DNA from: Mobula birostris
Taxonomy: Eukaryota
Direction: 5' to 3'
NCBI RefSeq assembly: GCF_030028105.1
Contig: NC_092370.1
Location: 52,853,894 to 52,917,893, forward strand
Length of the DNA stretch: 64,000 nt
The notes beneath the pieces are model-generated. The model made no database searches. It worked only from the letters and a program-made list of their open reading frames with translations, and was not told the DNA's origin. Made by a program: the position numbers and the translations under genes. This document shows, piece by piece, positions 59,699-64,000 of the stretch (position 1 is its first letter; each line of letters opens with the position of its first letter).

Positions 59699-60042
59699 CT
59701 CTGGTCCAAATATCGTTTGGGCCGTCGGGGTCACCAATTGTAGTGGTATGCTACACACAGCGCTAGAATAACCACACGGAGTCGGCGAGTTAGAGTCGCG
59801 ATGAAAGAGATCTATTCAAACTTCGCGGCCTGCTTTAAAGCCTTCCCGTTCCCACCCTCCCTGGGGCGGGATTGCTGTGGGGAATGCATATTCCCAGACC
59901 CTTTCCGCGCGCGGGATTTTCCCCCTGCTGGTGAAGATGGCCTGACGCCCTTTTTGGGGCTGGCCCTCTGCCTGCCCGTGCTGTTGTGAGCCGGTTCGTG
60001 TGTGCTAGAAAGTGGGTCGCCACAGAAGCATAGATAGGGTGA

Positions 60043-60044
<2 letters not shown>

Positions 60045-60113
<69 letters not shown>
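60045..60113. repeat. (AC)n microsatellite, about 34 units
   Basis: Read directly from the sequence. Confidence 0.97.
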
Positions 60114-60115
<2 letters not shown>

Positions 60116-60748
60116 CTTTTCCGCAGGGTTGGGGAATGAAGAACACATCTCTGGACTGATTCTACAAGCTACAGACTCACTTTCAAAGACTCTTTACAAC
60201 TTACTTTCTCTTTTTTTTTTGTGCACAATTTGGCTTCTTTTGCAAACTGGTTGTTTGTCGACCTTTGTTCCTGTATGTTTTTTTGTAAATTCCTAACAGC
60301 ACAATGGGTGTACCTACATGTCAGGGACTGCAGCGATTCAAGCTAATCACCACCTTCTCAAGGGCAACTAGGAATGGGCAATAAATGCCGGCTGAGCTCG
60401 CGATGCCCATATCCTGTGAACGGGGAAAAAAAATTCTTTTTTTTTGTTCTTTGCAAGAAAATAAATCTCAAGAAAGTATAAGGTAGCATATATAAATTGC
60501 ACTTTGATTTTGTTGCTGCCACTGGCAGTTTAATCTTTTTGAACCCTAATTTGTTATAATACTTAGCAGATTGTAATGGGCAGTGATTAAATTCAACAAG
60601 TATTAATAACAAAATGCTCTTGACGTTACATTTTTTTCCATAGATCTTACTTTTATTCAAATTTAGTTGTGTTTTTGTATTAGTCTTTTGTGGCCCAAAT
60701 TTTGTTCCTTGTATAGTTTATTTTCCCTTTTCTGTTATTTATATGCAG

Positions 60749-60825
60749 CTCTGCACACCTCTTTGATATTCTCCAAGGATCAAGGATTACTGATCTTCCT
60801 TCGCAACTCACTTGGCAATGAAGAT
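60749..60825 (+). CDS. PRKDC: DNA-PKcs coding exon 2; the gene continues beyond the window
   Basis: atgcag|(A)LHTSLIFSKDQGLLIFLRNSLGNED|gtaagt; 77 nt, resembles [22 protein letters not shown] of mammalian PRKDC; phase matches exon 1. Confidence 0.88.
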
Positions 60826-60879
60826 GTAAGTTTTCCATGAGAGCCAGTTTGCATTTCTTTGTGTACATATCAGCAAATG

Positions 60880-63800
60880 ATTAGTAGTAGGAGTAGGCCA
60901 CAGCCTTCTATTCAGTGAGATTGTGATCGATCAGATTGTGACTGTGTTCTCCCTTCTTGTGATAACTTTTCATTCCTTGCTTATCAAGTAACTATCCACC
61001 TCTGCTTTCGAAACATTCAAAGTCTGCTTCACTGCTCTTTGAGCAAGGGAATTGCCTCATCTTACACTCAAACAAGTGACCATTTATTTTTTACACGGTG
61101 ACCACTAGTTCTGGAAACTTCTACTAGAGGAAACATTCTCAGTACATCCGTGCTATTCAAAACCCTCAGGACCTTTCTGCTTCAATCAACTCCACACTCT
61201 CTCTTGAATCCAGAGCATACAAGGCACACCTGTCCATAAGCAACCCAACCACTTCATGTGTCACTCGAGTAAGCTTTCTCTGAATTGTTTCCTTTGATTA
61301 ATATACTGTACTTATAATCAGACCAGTACAATGTACCACATTCCAGGTCTTGCCTCATCAATGCCATACGTAACTGAAGCATGACCTCCTTACTTTCAAA
61401 TTGAGATCTTCTCACAATATGCAAACCATTCTGTTAGCTTTCATAACTTCTTGCAATTCTTACAAGCTAGCTATTTGGGAATCAAGCATTAGGGTACCCT
61501 GAAGACTTTGTATCCCAGAGCTATGCAATCCCTCACCATTCATTTAATGTTTTTTCATGCCAAGATGTTTAATTCCGTAGTTTCTGATGTGTGATGTATT
61601 TAACGTAGAGGAACAGGCAGCTTGGCGCACAATGTCTGTGTCAAGCAGGATGCCAAATTAAACTGATCCCTTTTGCTGGATGTGATCCATGTCTCTCCAC
61701 TCCAGCATTTTCATGTGCTTATCTAAAAGACTCTTAAACAGCGTTATTATGTCTGCTTCCACCACCATCCCCGGAAGCACATTTCAGGCACCTTCAGCTC
61801 TCATTGTGGGGGAAAAAACTTGCCCTGTACATCTTCTTTAAATGTTCTCCCTTTCGTCCTAAGGCTATGCCCTTTTGCATTTGCCATTCATACTCTGGGA
61901 AAAATTTTTTGACTGTCTGCCCTATCTATGCCTCTCATAATTTTCTAAACTTCTATCAGGTGTCCCCTCAGTCTCTGAAACTCCAGAGAAGACAATCTTA
62001 AGTTTGTTCAACCTTTCTTGATGGTTGATATCCACTAGTCCACACAGTATCATGGCAAACCTTCATTACCACTCTTCTCTACAGGAATTGCCACTTTTAG
62101 GGATCAATGGACAAGAGCCCCAAGATCCTTCTGCACATCAGTGCTTTTAAGAGTCCTACTGTTAAATTTATGCCTTTCCCTTGTATTTGACTTCCCAACG
62201 TGCAACACCATGCATTTGCCCAGGTGAAATCCCATCTGCTATTTCTCTAGCTATATCTGTAATTAGTCCTGTAAGTTATCTTGCTGTTTTTCACGATCAC
62301 AGGATAGTCCAGAGCACAGCACTGTTAATGAAACATGGTTCCTATTATAACGTGGCAAATGAAATAGCCAATTTAGCCAAAATGGGTTTGGAAAAGAGTA
62401 AATTGATGGTAATGAGAAATGAGCAGACTTTGTGCAATGTTCTTTGTAATCTAGACTGGCGTACTAGTATTGTAGGAACTTTAATCTATTGAAGGTCCTC
62501 CCTTTTGGATGAAATGCTATATCAAAAACTTATCTATTCCCTCTGTTAGAAATAAAAAAAATCTCAAGGCACTACTTTGGAGAGCAAAACCGTTTCTTTC
62601 TTTTGCTCTTTTAATAAAACGAATTTACTCTTCTTCAAAGTAGTACCCTGAGATCCTTTATGTCCACTTGAGAGAATAGTTAAATCTTTAATATAATATT
62701 TCATCTAGAAGGCAGGACCTTCAACAGAGTAACCCTCAGTACAGCACTGATATGTCAGTCTATTACAAAGAATATTTAACAGGTCTTTCAGTCCACAATA
62801 TTGTGCCAGACTAATTAAATTAGTTATTAAATGCCTAACTAAGCTAATCCCTTCTTCCTACCTCATGTGCCTATCTATGAGCTTCTCAAAAACCACTATC
62901 TTATTTGCCACCAGGACTATCCCAGGCACTTAAACTCTCTGTGTAGAAATAAAAACTTATCCCACACCTCTCCTTTGAACTTAACCCCCTCACCTAAACG
63001 CATGCCTTTGGTGTTAGCCATTTCAACCCCAAGAAAAAGTTACTGGCAGATTATTCTGTCTATGCCTCTCTTAATTTTATAAGCTTCTATCAGATCTCTC
63101 AACCTCTACCAAAAAAAAACAAATTTGTCCAAGCTCTCCTTATAACGTTTCCCCTCTAATCCAGACAGCAATCAGGTAAGTCTCTTCTGCACCCTTGTCT
63201 CCGAAGCCTTGATTACTCCCAACCTAATCACAGGACAAGTTACAATGACCAATTAACCTAACCGGTACATCGTTAGACTGTGGGAGGTAACCAGAGCACC
63301 TGGGGAAAGCCCACGCATTCCACTGGGAGGACGTGCAGAGACTCCTTACAGAACAGCGTGGGAATTGAACTCCGGAACGCCACGGGCTGTAATAGCTAAC
63401 CACTATTCTACCACAGTCTGCAACATAACTTCCTGACTTGTGAACTCATTTCCTTGACTAATAAAAGCAAGCACATCTAATGTGTTTTTTTTTTTATAAT
63501 CACCCCTATCAACCTGTGTAGCCACTTTCAGGAAACTAAGGTCTTGGACCTCAAGATCCCTCTGCACATCATCACTATTGAGGATCTTACTATTAACTGT
63601 GTATTGGCCCTTTACACTTAATCTTCCAAAGTGCAACACTTGGTGAGGTTAAACTCCCATCTGCCATTTCTGTAACCACATCTACAACTGATCTATAATC
63701 CGCTGTGCCTTTTAGCAGACCCAACATCAACATATCTTCACATCATCATACCATCTACATTTTCATCTGGGTTTTATGCATATATACAATCACAAGTAGC

Positions 63801-64000
63801 AACAGTGGCAATATTAATTCCTGCAGAATACCATTATTCACAGTCCTCTAGTCAGGAAAAGTCCCTTCAACCACCACACTCTGTCTACTATAGGCAAGCC
63901 AATCCTGAATGCAAACAGCCATTTCACCTTGGATCCCATGCAGCTTAATATTCTGAATGAACCTCCCATGAGAGACTGTGTCAAATGCCTTTCTAAAATC
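60880..64000 (-). mobile_element. Patchwork of old CR1 fragments and SINEs in PRKDC intron 2
   Basis: LHFGR..QYTVN..QRDLEVQ..LKVATQVD; DFRKAFDTVSH at the window end. Confidence 0.6.

Larger units (their letters stand above)
55653..60024 (-). mobile_element. Full-length Ty3/Gypsy LTR retrotransposon, CsRn1-like, in PRKDC intron 1
   Basis: LTRs 55653-55937 and 59739-60024 (TG...CA); TSD GAAG; PBS TGGTGACCCCGACG (Trp) at 59723-59736; G-rich PPT ~55941-55954; order gag-PR-RT-RH-IN; inserted in a CR1 3' fragment. Confidence 0.96.

Noticed and set aside
59812-60296. CVCVCV and HTHTHT repeat ORFs
   Set aside because: They are translations of the AC microsatellite.

Overview
Vertebrate nuclear DNA, probably a cartilaginous fish such as a ray, inferred from HE1/V-SINE-like, CR1, Rex1 and Penelope repeats. 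It holds the conserved UBE2V2-MCM4-PRKDC block. UBE2V2 is on the minus strand (4 coding exons, 1990-16437, 142 aa). MCM4 is on the minus strand (16 coding exons, 22840-41136, 861 aa). The first two coding exons of PRKDC are on the plus strand (42281-42434 and 60749-60825), head-to-head with MCM4. Introns and intergenic DNA are mostly transposon-derived. Five elements stand out. (1) A decayed endogenous retrovirus with class III (ERV-L/S-type) pol, gamma-type env and a tRNA-Ser PBS, carrying a nested SINE and solo LTR. (2) A full-length CsRn1-like Gypsy element with tRNA-Trp PBS, CHCC Gag motif, GGGAAAC -1 frameshift signal and 4-bp TSD. (3) A deleted Helitron. (4) A hAT/Charlie element. (5) Four TSD-flanked inverted Penelope insertions with hammerhead-ribozyme motifs; in the three short ones the inversion junction lies inside the ribozyme motif. 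All calls are by eye, with no database searches. Comparisons to known proteins are from memory and repeat boundaries are approximate.
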